A DNA stretch of 64,000 nucleotides. It comes from Bdellovibrionales bacterium. Its GTDB lineage: Bacteria; Bdellovibrionota; Bdellovibrionia; Bdellovibrionales; Bdellovibrionaceae. Below are positions 10,678 through 20,870 of the stretch, in pieces. Numbering within the stretch: position 1 is the first letter of the stretch; each line of letters opens with the position of its first letter. The DNA lies in NCBI GenBank assembly GCA_031370005.1, contig JANMPT010000028.1, positions 195,433-259,432 of the forward strand, in the 5' to 3' direction. The position numbers were made by a program, and so were the translations under genes. The notes below the pieces were generated by a model. It searched no databases and was not told the origin of the DNA. It worked only from the letters and a program-made list of their open reading frames with translations.

Positions 10678-12047
10678 TATGACACCTCAATTCCATAGCT
10701 CTTGATCTTACGATGTAAATAACTTCTTTCAAGTCCGATCACTTCAGCCGTCCTGCTGATGTTTCCACCGTTTTCCGCAATTTTGTTAAGCAAATATTCT
10801 TTTTCAAACCGCGCACGCGCTTCGCGGAAGGTGGACATTGTTGCTGTATTCATTTTCTCACCCTCTTTGTCAACTAGCCCCGCAAAATGCACATCATGGA
10901 GATCCACGAATTCCCCCGGAGTGAGAATGTATACACGCTCGATGAAGTTTTTAAGCTCACGCACATTTCCAGGCCATTCGTATTTTTTCATAGCCACCAT
11001 CGCCTGCTCAGAGAAAACCTTTTTTAAATATCCACCTTCACGCGAAACATAGTCGCTGAAGTAGGACGTCAAAACGGCGATGTCCTCAGGGCGCTCACGC
11101 AAAGTCGGTAAGCGAAATGGAATAATATTAAGTTTATAGTAAAGGTCCTCACTGAAGCGGCCTTCTTTGACTAGCCGCTCAAGATCCTTTGCCGTGGTTG
11201 CCACAATACGAACATCACTGAGAATCACTTTTGAGCTGCCGACTCGACAATAAGCTTTTGTATCGTAAAATTTCACTAATCGATGCTGCACCTCAGGAGT
11301 CAAAGCGGAAACTTCGTTCAAAAAAAGAGTTCCACCCTCGGCTAGCTCGAGCTTTCCTTTTTTAACTTTATCGACGCCAGGCATGGCACCTTTTTCGATG
11401 CCAAAGATTTCACTTTCGAGCAAATCCTCCGGGATGGCACCGCAGTTGATATCAACAAAAACCCTCCCCGCACGGCTACTTAAATAATGGATATTCTGAG
11501 CTGCCAAGGCCTTGCCAACACCTGCCTCGCCTACTACTAAAATCCACGATTGCGTTGGAGCCATCTTAGCAATGATCTGCTTTGTTGCCATGATTGCCGG
11601 CGCTTCGCCAATCAAAGCTATACTCTTGCGTAGTTTATTCAAGAGAAGGGCTTTCTCTTCTTTTTCCTGCTGATAGTTCAAGATGTTGGAAATAATAATG
11701 CTAATTTTATCCATGGATACAGGTTTTTCAACAAAATCATAGGCTCCAAGTTTCGTAGCTTTCACCGCAGTTTCAATAGTGCCATGACCTGAAATCATCA
11801 CAAAATCCACAGATGGAAATTCCTTGCGGGCTTGATTGAGAACCTGGATCCCATCCAACTCTCCTGGCATCCAGATATCTAAAAACACAATATCAGGATT
11901 AAACTGACGAATTGCCTGAAGGCCCGAAACCCCATCATGGGCACTGGAAACTATATATCCCTCATCTTTTAAAGTGGCACCCAAGACCTCTCGTATAGGA
12001 GCCTCATCGTCGATAATTAATATTTTGTAGTTCTTATTTTCACTCAT
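10677..12047 (-). CDS. ntrX: NtrX-like response regulator (REC-AAA+-HTH)
   Basis: [28 protein letters not shown]+ domain; [13 protein letters not shown]; follows an NtrY-like kinase. Confidence 0.85.
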   Translation of the reverse strand: MSENKNYKILIIDDEAPIREVLGATLKDEGYIVSSAHDGVSGLQAIRQFNPDIVFLDIWMPGELDGIQVLNQARKEFPSVDFVMISGHGTIETAVKATKLGAYDFVEKPVSMDKISIIISNILNYQQEKEEKALLLNKLRKSIALIGEAPAIMATKQIIAKMAPTQSWILVVGEAGVGKALAAQNIHYLSSRAGRVFVDINCGAIPEDLLESEIFGIEKGAMPGVDKVKKGKLELAEGGTLFLNEVSALTPEVQHRLVKFYDTKAYCRVGSSKVILSDVRIVATTAKDLERLVKEGRFSEDLYYKLNIIPFRLPTLRERPEDIAVLTSYFSDYVSREGGYLKKVFSEQAMVAMKKYEWPGNVRELKNFIERVYILTPGEFVDLHDVHFAGLVDKEGEKMNTATMSTFREARARFEKEYLLNKIAENGGNISRTAEVIGLERSYLHRKIKSYGIEVS

Positions 12048-14335
12048 GTTTTGTTCCCTGCCTTCGACGGCGTCCAGGCGTCAACAGCGTTGACCGGAAG
12101 CTCCATTAGCATTTTAGTTCCCCTAGGCTCATTCGCTATGGCACGAATAAAACCGCTATGGTCTTCAATTATTCTTTTAACAATCGGAAGGCCCAAGCCG
12201 GTGCCGCCCTCTTTTGTACTATAGTATGGCTCAAAAATACGGTTGCGGTCACTGACTGGAATACCTTCGCCATTATCTGCCACCGTGAGTCTTGCGATCT
12301 TTAAATCACTATCATAGCGAGTCACGACTTTAATCTCGGGATTTGACTCTTTTCCAAGCGCAGCCACCGAGTTATCAATTAAGTTCACGAAGACCCGACG
12401 TATTTGATCCGGATCAAATTTAAAATCAGGTAGGCTTACATCATCATCAAATTGAAATTTAACCTGAGGGTGCGCCTGCCTAAAGACCATCAAGGACTCT
12501 TCAACCACACGGTTCAATGTGCCGCGGACCGGCTTGCTTTGCGGCAAGCGAGCAAACTGACTGAACTCATTGACCATTTTCTTTAAATTATCAACCTGAT
12601 GAATAATCATATTTGTGCATTCGCCAAAGGCAGGATCCGTCACCTGAGCGCCAAATTTCCTTTGTAAGCGTTCTGCAGAAAGTTTAATAGGAGTCAGTGG
12701 GTTTTTAATTTCATGAGCAATACGCCGAGCCACCTCCGTCCAGGCGGCAGCTCGCTGTGCGTTTACAATCGGACTCATATCATCAAATACCAAGATTTTA
12801 CCGACCTCATCGCCTTTTTCATCCTTCAAAATTGAAAGATTCATTTGTAGTGGTATCGCCTGTCCTTGCACATTGACATGAAATTCCTTTTGGATGTGTT
12901 CAATTTTGTGATCCTGCATGGTCTTAAGCAGCTCTGAGAATGTGCGAAAGTACTCGAGCGTCAAAAGCTCACGCACAGGGCGGCCGATATACTTTGCAGG
13001 ATCAATCTTCAAAAGATCACCAGCGTGACGGTTCAAAGTGGTAATAGACCCGTCTTTACCTACAGAAATTACACCTGTACTAACGTTTCCAAGCACAACT
13101 TCGATATATCGATTGTGCTGAGCCAAGTCTTGCAAAGTGTGCTGAAGATTCAAATTTGCTTCTTTGACTTCATGCTCGGAGGCCTCTAGCGTATCGGTCA
13201 TTTTATTAAATGAGGTAATTAAAAGTGCAATTTCCTCACTGCCAGAGCTGGTTTCAAGTTTTTGGCTATAATCGCCACTCGCCACTCTGAGTGTTGCCTT
13301 CCCCAGTTGCACTAAGGGAACTGCTAGCTGTTTTGCCAAATAGAATCCGAACCAGGTTGCTGCAAGCAGAATTACAAAAGTAATTAAAAATAAAATAATC
13401 AAATATATGGACTTAAGCGGATACTCCAGAGGATTAATATCTCGAAATTCTTCGTAAGCGGTCCCCACATCATTCATACGCGAAATTAAGGACAAGGGAA
13501 CAAAGCTCGAGACAACAACAGCCCCGCGATCTTCCCCTTCTTTCACTGGAACTATCACTCGTACGAGATTCCCTTCGCCGAATTGATGAATAGTACTCCA
13601 CTCTTTGTGGGCCTTGACCCCTTTTTGTAAGAACTCGAGGGACACTGGTGGAATCGGAGGGATATTGTCATCCTCCGCAAAAGCATACAGACGCCCCTGA
13701 AATAAAGATGGGTAGTACTCAACAGAGTCCAAAGCGTATTCTTTTTGCAGTTGCTTAAGGCTTCTTTGAATGGCTCGGGGCCTACGCTCTTTTTGAATTT
13801 TCTCAGCTATTTGATGAGCGAAATGATAATTTTTTGTTTTAGCTCCAGCATAGTAGGCATTGGTAACCTCAAGAGAGCTTTTTAAGACTCCAACCATTTT
13901 AACGCTAAACCATTTGTCAAAACTTGAATTGATATAAAACACCGAAATAATGAACATCAGCAAGGTTGGCACCGTACTAAATGCGACGAAGGCCGCAATA
14001 AGCTTCGCCTTTAAACTGCTGCCGAAGATCTTTCCCCGGCGCTCCACAAAAACTTTTACAATATTGCGGAAGATCAGGAAGATCAGGAGCAGTAATAAAA
14101 TAATATTAAAGTTAACGAGACCGAAAAAAAATATACTATGGACAAAGGGTAATGTTTTACTGGTTGCCAGAATACGAATCTCAAGCCATGTCAAAAAGAA
14201 AACGGACAATGACAACAATGCAATCGTGAGAATCTCACGACGCCTTTTCCTTTGCTCCATTTTGGGAGAAAGATCCACGACTTTTGCCTCGCGGATTTCG
14301 CTATCATTTTCGTTTGGTGTTTTATACTGATTCAT
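12044..14335 (-). CDS. ntrY: NtrY-like sensor histidine kinase (TM-HAMP-PAS-HisKA-HATPase)
   Basis: AQRAAAWTEVARRIAHEIKNPLTPIKLSAERL; DNGEG; GTGLGL. Confidence 0.88.
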   Translation of the reverse strand: MNQYKTPNENDSEIREAKVVDLSPKMEQRKRRREILTIALLSLSVFFLTWLEIRILATSKTLPFVHSIFFFGLVNFNIILLLLLIFLIFRNIVKVFVERRGKIFGSSLKAKLIAAFVAFSTVPTLLMFIISVFYINSSFDKWFSVKMVGVLKSSLEVTNAYYAGAKTKNYHFAHQIAEKIQKERRPRAIQRSLKQLQKEYALDSVEYYPSLFQGRLYAFAEDDNIPPIPPVSLEFLQKGVKAHKEWSTIHQFGEGNLVRVIVPVKEGEDRGAVVVSSFVPLSLISRMNDVGTAYEEFRDINPLEYPLKSIYLIILFLITFVILLAATWFGFYLAKQLAVPLVQLGKATLRVASGDYSQKLETSSGSEEIALLITSFNKMTDTLEASEHEVKEANLNLQHTLQDLAQHNRYIEVVLGNVSTGVISVGKDGSITTLNRHAGDLLKIDPAKYIGRPVRELLTLEYFRTFSELLKTMQDHKIEHIQKEFHVNVQGQAIPLQMNLSILKDEKGDEVGKILVFDDMSPIVNAQRAAAWTEVARRIAHEIKNPLTPIKLSAERLQRKFGAQVTDPAFGECTNMIIHQVDNLKKMVNEFSQFARLPQSKPVRGTLNRVVEESLMVFRQAHPQVKFQFDDDVSLPDFKFDPDQIRRVFVNLIDNSVAALGKESNPEIKVVTRYDSDLKIARLTVADNGEGIPVSDRNRIFEPYYSTKEGGTGLGLPIVKRIIEDHSGFIRAIANEPRGTKMLMELPVNAVDAWTPSKAGNKT

Positions 14336-14344
14336 TGAATAAGT

Positions 14345-14842
14345 TTATTTCTTTTTCACTTTCTTGGTAGGCTTTTTTGCTGTCTTTTTACGAACGGATT
14401 GAGCAGCTTCTTTTGCAAGTTCATTTAAAAGCCCCATCATCTCTAGGACGACTTGAGCGGACTCTGTTCCTTTATTACCACACTCGCCGCCGGCGCGCTC
14501 CATCGCCTGCTCGTCATTTTCTGTGGTGAGAACACCAAACCCGATTGGTCTGTTGTATTCAAGCATCAACGCCGTCACACCGCGCTCCACACTATTGCAA
14601 ACATAATCATAATGTGATGTTTCTCCACGTATGACAGCACCAAGAGCTACAACCCCACCGCAGCCGGCGTCAAATAAAGCTCTGCATGCAAGTGGGATTT
14701 CCACTGCTCCTGGAACCTTTACTGCAAGCACTTCAACTCCGCAACTTTCAAGGTAGCTGAGCGCTCCTTCTTCCAATCTGTCAGTCACTTCACTATTAAA
14801 ACGCGCAGTGACCACCCCCACTCTTGGTGTTTGATATTTCAT
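14345..14842 (-). CDS. ribH: 6,7-dimethyl-8-ribityllumazine synthase with Lys-rich tail
   Basis: VPGAVEIP, ALGAVIRGETSHYDYV, FGVLTT. Confidence 0.96.
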   Translation of the reverse strand: MKYQTPRVGVVTARFNSEVTDRLEEGALSYLESCGVEVLAVKVPGAVEIPLACRALFDAGCGGVVALGAVIRGETSHYDYVCNSVERGVTALMLEYNRPIGFGVLTTENDEQAMERAGGECGNKGTESAQVVLEMMGLLNELAKEAAQSVRKKTAKKPTKKVKKK

Positions 14843-14843
14843 G

Positions 14844-15464
14844 CTATTCCTTTAACTTTTGTCGAAACTGAATCAGATCAACAATGGTACCAATTTTTAA
14901 ATTATGTTTTTTTGCAAAAATTTTCAGATCCGCAACTCGCGCCATGGTTCCGTCATCGTTGATAACTTCGCAAATCACTGCCGCTGGATTTAGTCCGGCT
15001 AAAGTAGCTAAATCCACACTGCCCTCCGTGTGCCCCGCCCGACTCAAAACCCCTCCCGCCTGAGCACGGATCGGAAAAACATGACCAGGCATATGAATAT
15101 CCTCTGGCCTTGCCTGCGGATTCGAAGCCACTTTAATTGTGCGTGCGCGATCTGCTGCAGAGATTCCAGTGCTTACACCGCTTGCAGCCTCAACGCTAAC
15201 GGTAAAAGCAGTTTTGTTTGAAGTGTGATTCATATGCAATGGCACCATTTGTGGAAGCTGCAAACGTTCAACTTGATAAGGGCTGAGTGCTAAACATATC
15301 AAGCCTCGAGCCTCGCGAGCCATAAAGCTAATGGCCTCTGGAGTAATATGATCAGCTGCCAGTACGAGGTCGCCCTCATTTTCACGATCCTCATCATCAA
15401 TAAGAATAACCATTTTGGAGGCACGAATTTCTGAGATTAGCTCTTCTATGGGATCAAAACTCAT
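14844..15464 (-). CDS. ribB: 3,4-dihydroxy-2-butanone-4-phosphate synthase (stand-alone)
   Basis: DDEDRENEGD, TGISAADRA, RAGHTEGSVDL. Confidence 0.96.
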   Translation of the reverse strand: MSFDPIEELISEIRASKMVILIDDEDRENEGDLVLAADHITPEAISFMAREARGLICLALSPYQVERLQLPQMVPLHMNHTSNKTAFTVSVEAASGVSTGISAADRARTIKVASNPQARPEDIHMPGHVFPIRAQAGGVLSRAGHTEGSVDLATLAGLNPAAVICEVINDDGTMARVADLKIFAKKHNLKIGTIVDLIQFRQKLKE

Positions 15465-16069
15465 TCGGACTCCATGTTTTTTGAAACGGCAGCAGCAACC
15501 GCCGCGCGAGCCATATAATCTGGCTCAATATTCACAACCTGACCTGGCTTTAAACTTCCAAGATTCGTGCGCTTTAAAGTCTCCGGAATTAAGCAGACCT
15601 CAACCACGGAGTTTTTTATTTCATTCACCGTTAGACTAACTCCATTAATAGCAATACTTCCCTTTTTCCAAACATAAGGAAGAATGGACGAGGCCACTTT
15701 GACATTCAAGAAAAAGGATTCACCCGCAGGCTTTGCAACCAAAACCTCCGCAAGACTGTCTATGTGACCAGTAACTAAGTGGCCATGAATGCGTTCACCA
15801 AAGCGAAGGGATCTTTCTAAATTCACCTTTTTGCCGAGCCAATTTGCTGGACTCCAGTTGAGAATCCGAAGAGTCTCCGCAGCTAAGGCAAACGTAATTT
15901 GATTTTCATCGAAGGCTTCCACGGTAAGGCAGACCCCGTCCATAGCGATGCTATCGCCCAAATGCAAATCCTCAAATTCGTTTGGCCTTATAACTTGAAT
16001 TCGGTAAGCATTCGCCAATTCTTGCGAGCTCTTAATTTCACTGACAGCCTCGATGATCCCTGAAAACAT
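15461..16069 (-). CDS. ribE: Riboflavin synthase
   Basis: MFSGII start; repeated GDSIAMDGVCLTV / GSIAINGVSLTV. Confidence 0.96.
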   Translation of the reverse strand: MFSGIIEAVSEIKSSQELANAYRIQVIRPNEFEDLHLGDSIAMDGVCLTVEAFDENQITFALAAETLRILNWSPANWLGKKVNLERSLRFGERIHGHLVTGHIDSLAEVLVAKPAGESFFLNVKVASSILPYVWKKGSIAINGVSLTVNEIKNSVVEVCLIPETLKRTNLGSLKPGQVVNIEPDYMARAAVAAAVSKNMESE

Positions 16070-16191
16070 AAAAAGGCCCCTTTGATGGGGCGAAAACTAC
16101 ACTCCCTACGATGACTTGGCAAGAAAAGCGGGCTTTTTCAAGCCCCCTTTTAGTGGTTTTTTGATTTTTAGCCCCAAGGGGCGTTCAAAGC

Positions 16192-17286
16192 CTACTTAGC
16201 GACTTTCGCGGCAGCAACATCAGGAGCCAACTTCAGGATTTTCACCTTCGCACCTAATACTGGGTTTTCATCGGTTTGAGCGATTACTTTCCCGCGAGAA
16301 ACCTCGTCTCCGACCCAGTCAAGCTCAATTGTTGCCACTGGAGTTGCCGCTCCACCACCGTAATATCTAGAATTGCAAGGGTCACCTTCCCAGTAGTAAA
16401 GTTCATTGTAAATATTGAACTGATCACCCACTTTTGCATTCACATTTGCTCCACCTAAAATAACTAAATGCGTATCATGATCCATTAACACGCGCGAATA
16501 CCATTCTTCTTTTGCCTTAAGACCATCATACAGAGCTCCCACCCCCGAAATCAGTGCTTTCTCAGTCACCTTCGCCAATGGAGTCTGATAGTACGCGCTC
16601 GGTCCAACCTGGAAAGCGCCAATGTCTAAAGTAAAGTTCACTTTTGTTTTGGTTTGCATTGAAGTTATATTAGCTGCTGCCAAAAGTCCGTTCGTCAAAG
16701 GATGAGTGGCCATCATACTCAATGCCAATTGAGCCCACTCAATACTAAAACCAAGGCCAGTAAGACCTGATATATCAATCGGGCCCGCCGCATTAAAACC
16801 AATTTGCACCCCAGCTCCTCCAATCATTTCGAAGGCATTTACCGAGCCTGCAATACGAGCATTTGGCAAATTGATCAAGCACTCGGCTGTCGTCGAGTAT
16901 TGAGGTTTTTCAGTGACGCCCGCATTAGCTGCAAAGGCTTTCATCATGACTTTATCGTTAGCAGAGACATTCAGAGTTTTTGACTCGACCAAAGCACTGT
17001 TTGCTGTGGGTACCACAACAACTGGAGGTGCATATCGTAAAGCAAAGTGCTCACTATTTTGCAGGACGCTGTAAACCTGCTGATTCGCAACATATTGAAA
17101 GTCAAAACTTCCACCTTGAGGAAGTGTAATACTCGGCGATGTTATCTTACCCATCTCGACGATACGCTTAAGCTCTCGTTGCGCTACAGGAGTCTGCTGG
17201 CAGGACTGATTTCCCATCATTAGGCCTGCGGTCGAAAGCAACACCCCGGCCTTTAGTGCGTTTTTTAAAGTCTTGTGTGAACCCAT
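16192..17286 (-). CDS. Putative lipoprotein; CsgG-like middle and FlgT-C-like C-terminus
   Basis: Signal peptide ending MGNQSC; IAGSVNAFE...QLALSMMATHPLTNGLLAAAN resembles the CsgG core; VILGGANVNAKVGDQFNIY resembles FlgT C-terminal domain (by eye). Confidence 0.55.
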   Translation of the reverse strand: MGSHKTLKNALKAGVLLSTAGLMMGNQSCQQTPVAQRELKRIVEMGKITSPSITLPQGGSFDFQYVANQQVYSVLQNSEHFALRYAPPVVVVPTANSALVESKTLNVSANDKVMMKAFAANAGVTEKPQYSTTAECLINLPNARIAGSVNAFEMIGGAGVQIGFNAAGPIDISGLTGLGFSIEWAQLALSMMATHPLTNGLLAAANITSMQTKTKVNFTLDIGAFQVGPSAYYQTPLAKVTEKALISGVGALYDGLKAKEEWYSRVLMDHDTHLVILGGANVNAKVGDQFNIYNELYYWEGDPCNSRYYGGGAATPVATIELDWVGDEVSRGKVIAQTDENPVLGAKVKILKLAPDVAAAKVAK

Positions 17287-17340
17287 CTGCTCCTCCAGTT
17301 TACGTTGGTCTGATGGTGGTTTTTTATTGCTACATACCTC

Positions 17341-17368
17341 CTTTCGGCTGGACCTTCGGCAGAGTTGA
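17341..17368 (-). promoter_or_regulatory. Putative sigma28 (FliA) promoter
   Basis: Minus strand TCAAC-N15-GCCGAAAG, 54 nt upstream of ATG 17286. Confidence 0.55.
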
Positions 17369-17517
17369 GTTTTTTTTTAAACTAAAGTCGCGGCGGTGCG
17401 AAATCGTCAAAAAGTTTTGCTGATTACAAAAAATTAAAAGACCGTGACTAGTTAGCACGGTCTAGGTGTGAAGATATCGACAATATTTTTGGCACAGAAG
17501 TGTTATGAGAGATCTTA

Positions 17518-20106
17518 CTACTTCTTGATAATCTTGAGATCTGAACCCTGGGCTTCTATTAGTACGGTGTCTCCCAAACGCACATCTCCTGCAATGATGA
17601 GTTTAGAGAGAGGATTCAACAGATCATTTTGAATAACTCGCTTTAAAGGTCGGGCTCCATAAACTGGATCATAACCCTTTTTCGCCAAAAACTGAACTGC
17701 ATCGCTGCTGAAGTCGATATTAATTCGCTTCGCTTTCAAGCGCTCTGACACAAGATTGAGCTGTACTTTCACGATGCCTGCAATCTGCGACTCCCCGAGA
17801 GTCTTAAACATCACGATCTCATCGATGCGATTTAAGAACTCCGGACGGAAGTGCGCTCTCATTGCCTCGTTTACTGCTTTCTGCTTCTCTTCGTCACTCA
17901 GGCTTGGATCAATCAGGGCATGAGAACCAATGTTAGATGTCATAATCAATACGGTATTCTTAAAATCCACGGTGCGACCTTGGCCGTCTGTCAGACGACC
18001 ATCATCTAAAACCTGCAAGAGAATATTAAACACATCAACATGTGCCTTCTCGATTTCATCCAACAAGACCACACTATAAGGTTTCCGACGAACGGCCTCA
18101 GTCAACTGACCGCCTTCCTCGTAACCTATATAGCCCGGAGGAGCCCCGACAAGTCTCGAGACTGAATGCTTTTCCATATACTCACTCATATCAATGCGAA
18201 CCACCGATTGCTCATCATCAAAAAGAAACTCGGCTAAAGCCTTTACGGTTTCCGTTTTGCCAACACCCGTTGGCCCCAAAAAGATAAAGGTTCCAATAGG
18301 ACGATTTGGATCCGAAATCTCTGCCCGTGCCCTGCGAATGGCATCCGCCACCACTACCAACGCATGATCTTGACCAACCACGCGTTTACTGAGGTCCTCT
18401 TCCATATGAAGGAGTTTTTGCGATTCGCTCTCAAGCATTTTTGAAACTGGAATGCCCGTCCATTTCCCGACGATTTCAGCCACATCCTCAGGACTAACCT
18501 CTTCTTTGAGCATGCGCTCAGTGCCCGTGGTTTTGTGACTGCGGACTTCGAACTCCTTGAGTTTCTTTTCCATCTCCGGCAAGCGCCCATATTTTAGCTC
18601 AGCAGCTTTGCCCAGATCCCCTTCGCGCTCCGCCTTTTCAATAAGATTTTTAATTTCATCAATCTCAGCTTTGGCTTTTTTAATTTGCTCAATACCGCCT
18701 TTTTCGAAGTTCCACTGCTCCCGAAGTTGTTGGTTTTTTGCGGTGAGCTCCTTGATCTCCCCTTCAATCACATGAAGACGTTCTCGGGCCCCCTCTTCTT
18801 TTTCTTTCTTTAAAGCTTCTTTTTCAATGCGTAACTGCATAAGCTCTCGCTCAATCTTATCAATCTCTTCAGGCACACTCTTTGTTTCAATGCTAAGCTT
18901 GCTCGCCGCCTCATCAATTAAATCAATAGCCTTATCTGGCAAAAAGCGATTTTGAATATACCGATGGGAAAGCTTTACTGCGGCCACCAACGCGGAATCC
19001 ATGATGCGAATTCCATGATGAAGCTCGTATTTCTCTTTAAGACCGCGCAGAATCGTGATCGCATCATCAACATTAGGTTCATCGACAAGAACTGTCTGAA
19101 AGCGTCGCTCAAGAGCCGCATCTTTTTCGATATACTTTCGGTACTCTTCAAGAGTTGTAGCCCCAATGCAACGAAGCTCACCACGCGCGAGAGCCGGCTT
19201 TAACAACTGACCAGCATCCATGGCGCCTTCAGTCTTTCCGGCACCCACCAGATTATGGATCTCATCAATAAAAAGAATGATCTGCCCGTTGCTTGAGGTG
19301 ACTTCTTTAATCACGGCCTTCAAGCGGTCTTCAAATTCCCCACGATATTTCGCGCCAGCGATCAAAGCTCCCATATCTAAAGACATAAGCTTCTTACCGA
19401 TAATATTTTCTGGAACATCTTGCTTGAGAATTCGAACGGCAAGCCCCTCTGCAATGGCTGTTTTGCCTACTCCAGGCTCACCGATTAAAACCGGATTATT
19501 TTTTGTACGACGCGAAAGAACCTGAATCACTCGGCGAATTTCTTCGTCCCGCCCAACCACAGGGTCTAATTTCCCTTCAGCAGCAAGGGCTGTTAAATCT
19601 CGGGCATATTTATTTAAAACCTCATATTTGTTTTCTGGATCATCATCAGTCACTTTTTGACTCCCTCTTAATTCTCTAAGAGCCTGCACAGTTGGTTCAT
19701 GTTTTATTTGATGCTTTTTCAAAAAAGCATTCAAATCGCTGTCGCCCAGACCAAAAATTCCTAACAAAAAATGCTCAGTAGAAATATATGAGTCGCCCCA
19801 ATCCACAGCGACCTTATCGGCCACAGTAAAAAGCTTTTGTAGCCTTTGACTAGCGAAGCCCTTCTGCCCCCCGCCTGTTACGCGCGGAAGCTTATCGATT
19901 TTTACCTTCAAATCATCTATCATTGATTTAACCGAAATATTTTGCTTTTCAACAATCCTCGGAACAATTCCCTCCGACTGCTGAAGCAGCTCTAAAAGCA
20001 AATGCTCAGGCTCCACAGAGGGATTCCCTCGGCCCTCGGCGTTCTGTGCTGCGGCCTGCATGGCTTCCTGACTTTTGCGCGTCATTTTCTCAATCTCATT
20101 GCCCAT
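17518..20106 (-). CDS. clpB: ATP-dependent chaperone ClpB (start moved to MGNEI)
   Basis: Two AAA+ modules ([16 protein letters not shown]), long middle coiled coil, AAELKYG; GGAGAG SD before 20106. Confidence 0.98.
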   Translation of the reverse strand: MGNEIEKMTRKSQEAMQAAAQNAEGRGNPSVEPEHLLLELLQQSEGIVPRIVEKQNISVKSMIDDLKVKIDKLPRVTGGGQKGFASQRLQKLFTVADKVAVDWGDSYISTEHFLLGIFGLGDSDLNAFLKKHQIKHEPTVQALRELRGSQKVTDDDPENKYEVLNKYARDLTALAAEGKLDPVVGRDEEIRRVIQVLSRRTKNNPVLIGEPGVGKTAIAEGLAVRILKQDVPENIIGKKLMSLDMGALIAGAKYRGEFEDRLKAVIKEVTSSNGQIILFIDEIHNLVGAGKTEGAMDAGQLLKPALARGELRCIGATTLEEYRKYIEKDAALERRFQTVLVDEPNVDDAITILRGLKEKYELHHGIRIMDSALVAAVKLSHRYIQNRFLPDKAIDLIDEAASKLSIETKSVPEEIDKIERELMQLRIEKEALKKEKEEGARERLHVIEGEIKELTAKNQQLREQWNFEKGGIEQIKKAKAEIDEIKNLIEKAEREGDLGKAAELKYGRLPEMEKKLKEFEVRSHKTTGTERMLKEEVSPEDVAEIVGKWTGIPVSKMLESESQKLLHMEEDLSKRVVGQDHALVVVADAIRRARAEISDPNRPIGTFIFLGPTGVGKTETVKALAEFLFDDEQSVVRIDMSEYMEKHSVSRLVGAPPGYIGYEEGGQLTEAVRRKPYSVVLLDEIEKAHVDVFNILLQVLDDGRLTDGQGRTVDFKNTVLIMTSNIGSHALIDPSLSDEEKQKAVNEAMRAHFRPEFLNRIDEIVMFKTLGESQIAGIVKVQLNLVSERLKAKRINIDFSSDAVQFLAKKGYDPVYGARPLKRVIQNDLLNPLSKLIIAGDVRLGDTVLIEAQGSDLKIIKK

Positions 20107-20154
20107 GAAACTCTCCATCCTATAATAAGAGTGAGTCCTTAGGAGAGATTGTCA

Positions 20155-20409
20155 ATGTCTTATGAAAAGCCCAATGGAAAGTTTCAACTAAAACGTATAC
20201 GCGCTTCCATTAAAAAAGACAGAGTAAGTCCATCGGACTTCCTTAGGTATGATTTCCGTTCATCTTGTGAGGATTGTTCTCACTTTAACTCTTTAAAAAT
20301 CCTTTGCACTTTAGGATACAACACAAGCCCCCATCTTAAGGCCCAGCAACTTTATGATTATGAAGTATCAGGAAAGATAGCCCAGTGCCGATTTCTTGAA
20401 ATTGACTAA
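20155..20409 (+). CDS. Small Cys-rich hypothetical protein
   Basis: AGGAG SD before ATG 20155; CEDCSHF...LCTLGY...QCRFLEID. Confidence 0.65.
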   Translation: MSYEKPNGKFQLKRIRASIKKDRVSPSDFLRYDFRSSCEDCSHFNSLKILCTLGYNTSPHLKAQQLYDYEVSGKIAQCRFLEID

Positions 20410-20565
20410 AATTTGGCTGACCCAATGTCGAGTTTCACCTCTGAAAACCAAGAAATTACAATATAAGGGTCTGATAAAAGCACCTTTGTCTTGGTTTTTA
20501 AAAAATCCCCGATCTATCTTTGGACTAGTATTGTAAAAAAACAGCAAAACACGCCTACCGTCCTG

Positions 20566-20592
20566 TCAAGACTTCGTCGCAGATCCCGATCT
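20566..20592 (+). promoter_or_regulatory. Putative sigma28 promoter of flagellin
   Basis: TCAAG-N14-CCCGATCT (consensus TAAAG-N14/15-GCCGATAA). Confidence 0.6.
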
Positions 20593-20634
20593 TAAACACA
20601 TCAATGATTTTTTGTATTCACAATTACTAATGTG

Positions 20635-20866
20635 GATCCAGGAAGGATCGGAGAGAGATCAAGGTCACTCTCTCCTAAAACACGAAAGGAGGGCCTTCAA
20701 GGATGAAATAAGAACGAACAACCAAATGTTCTTTATTTTACTTAAATAGTAATAGGCCAAAAAAATAAAAAATCGGCTCGGATGCCGCCCCAACAAACGG
20801 ACTAGGGGAATTAAAAACTCAAGGAGGGTATTTAAATGAAAATTAATAATTCTTAACGGAGGAATT
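20635..20866 (+). promoter_or_regulatory. Flagellin 5' leader with multiple CsrA-type GGA stem-loops
   Basis: gatcc-AGGAA-ggatc, ttca-AGGA-tgaa, cggc-TCGGAT-gccg, cccc-..ACGGA..-gggg, actc-AAGGA-gggt, aattc-TTAACGGAG-gaatt. Confidence 0.7.
20836..20856 (+). CDS. Putative 6-codon upstream ORF MKINNS
   Basis: AAGGAGG (20821-20827), 8-nt spacer, ATG AAA ATT AAT AAT TCT TAA; the stop abuts the flagellin SD. Confidence 0.35.
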   Translation: MKINNS

Positions 20867-20870
20867 TAAA

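Noticed and set aside
16070..16191. FMN riboswitch upstream of ribE
   Set aside because: Only 122 nt, no RFN core motifs; just a plausible TTGCCA-N17-TAGTTT promoter.
20107..20190. CIRCE or sigma32 element for clpB
   Set aside because: No TTAGCACTC-N9-GAGTGCTAA; the TTGAAA-N14-TTTCATAA match is too weak.
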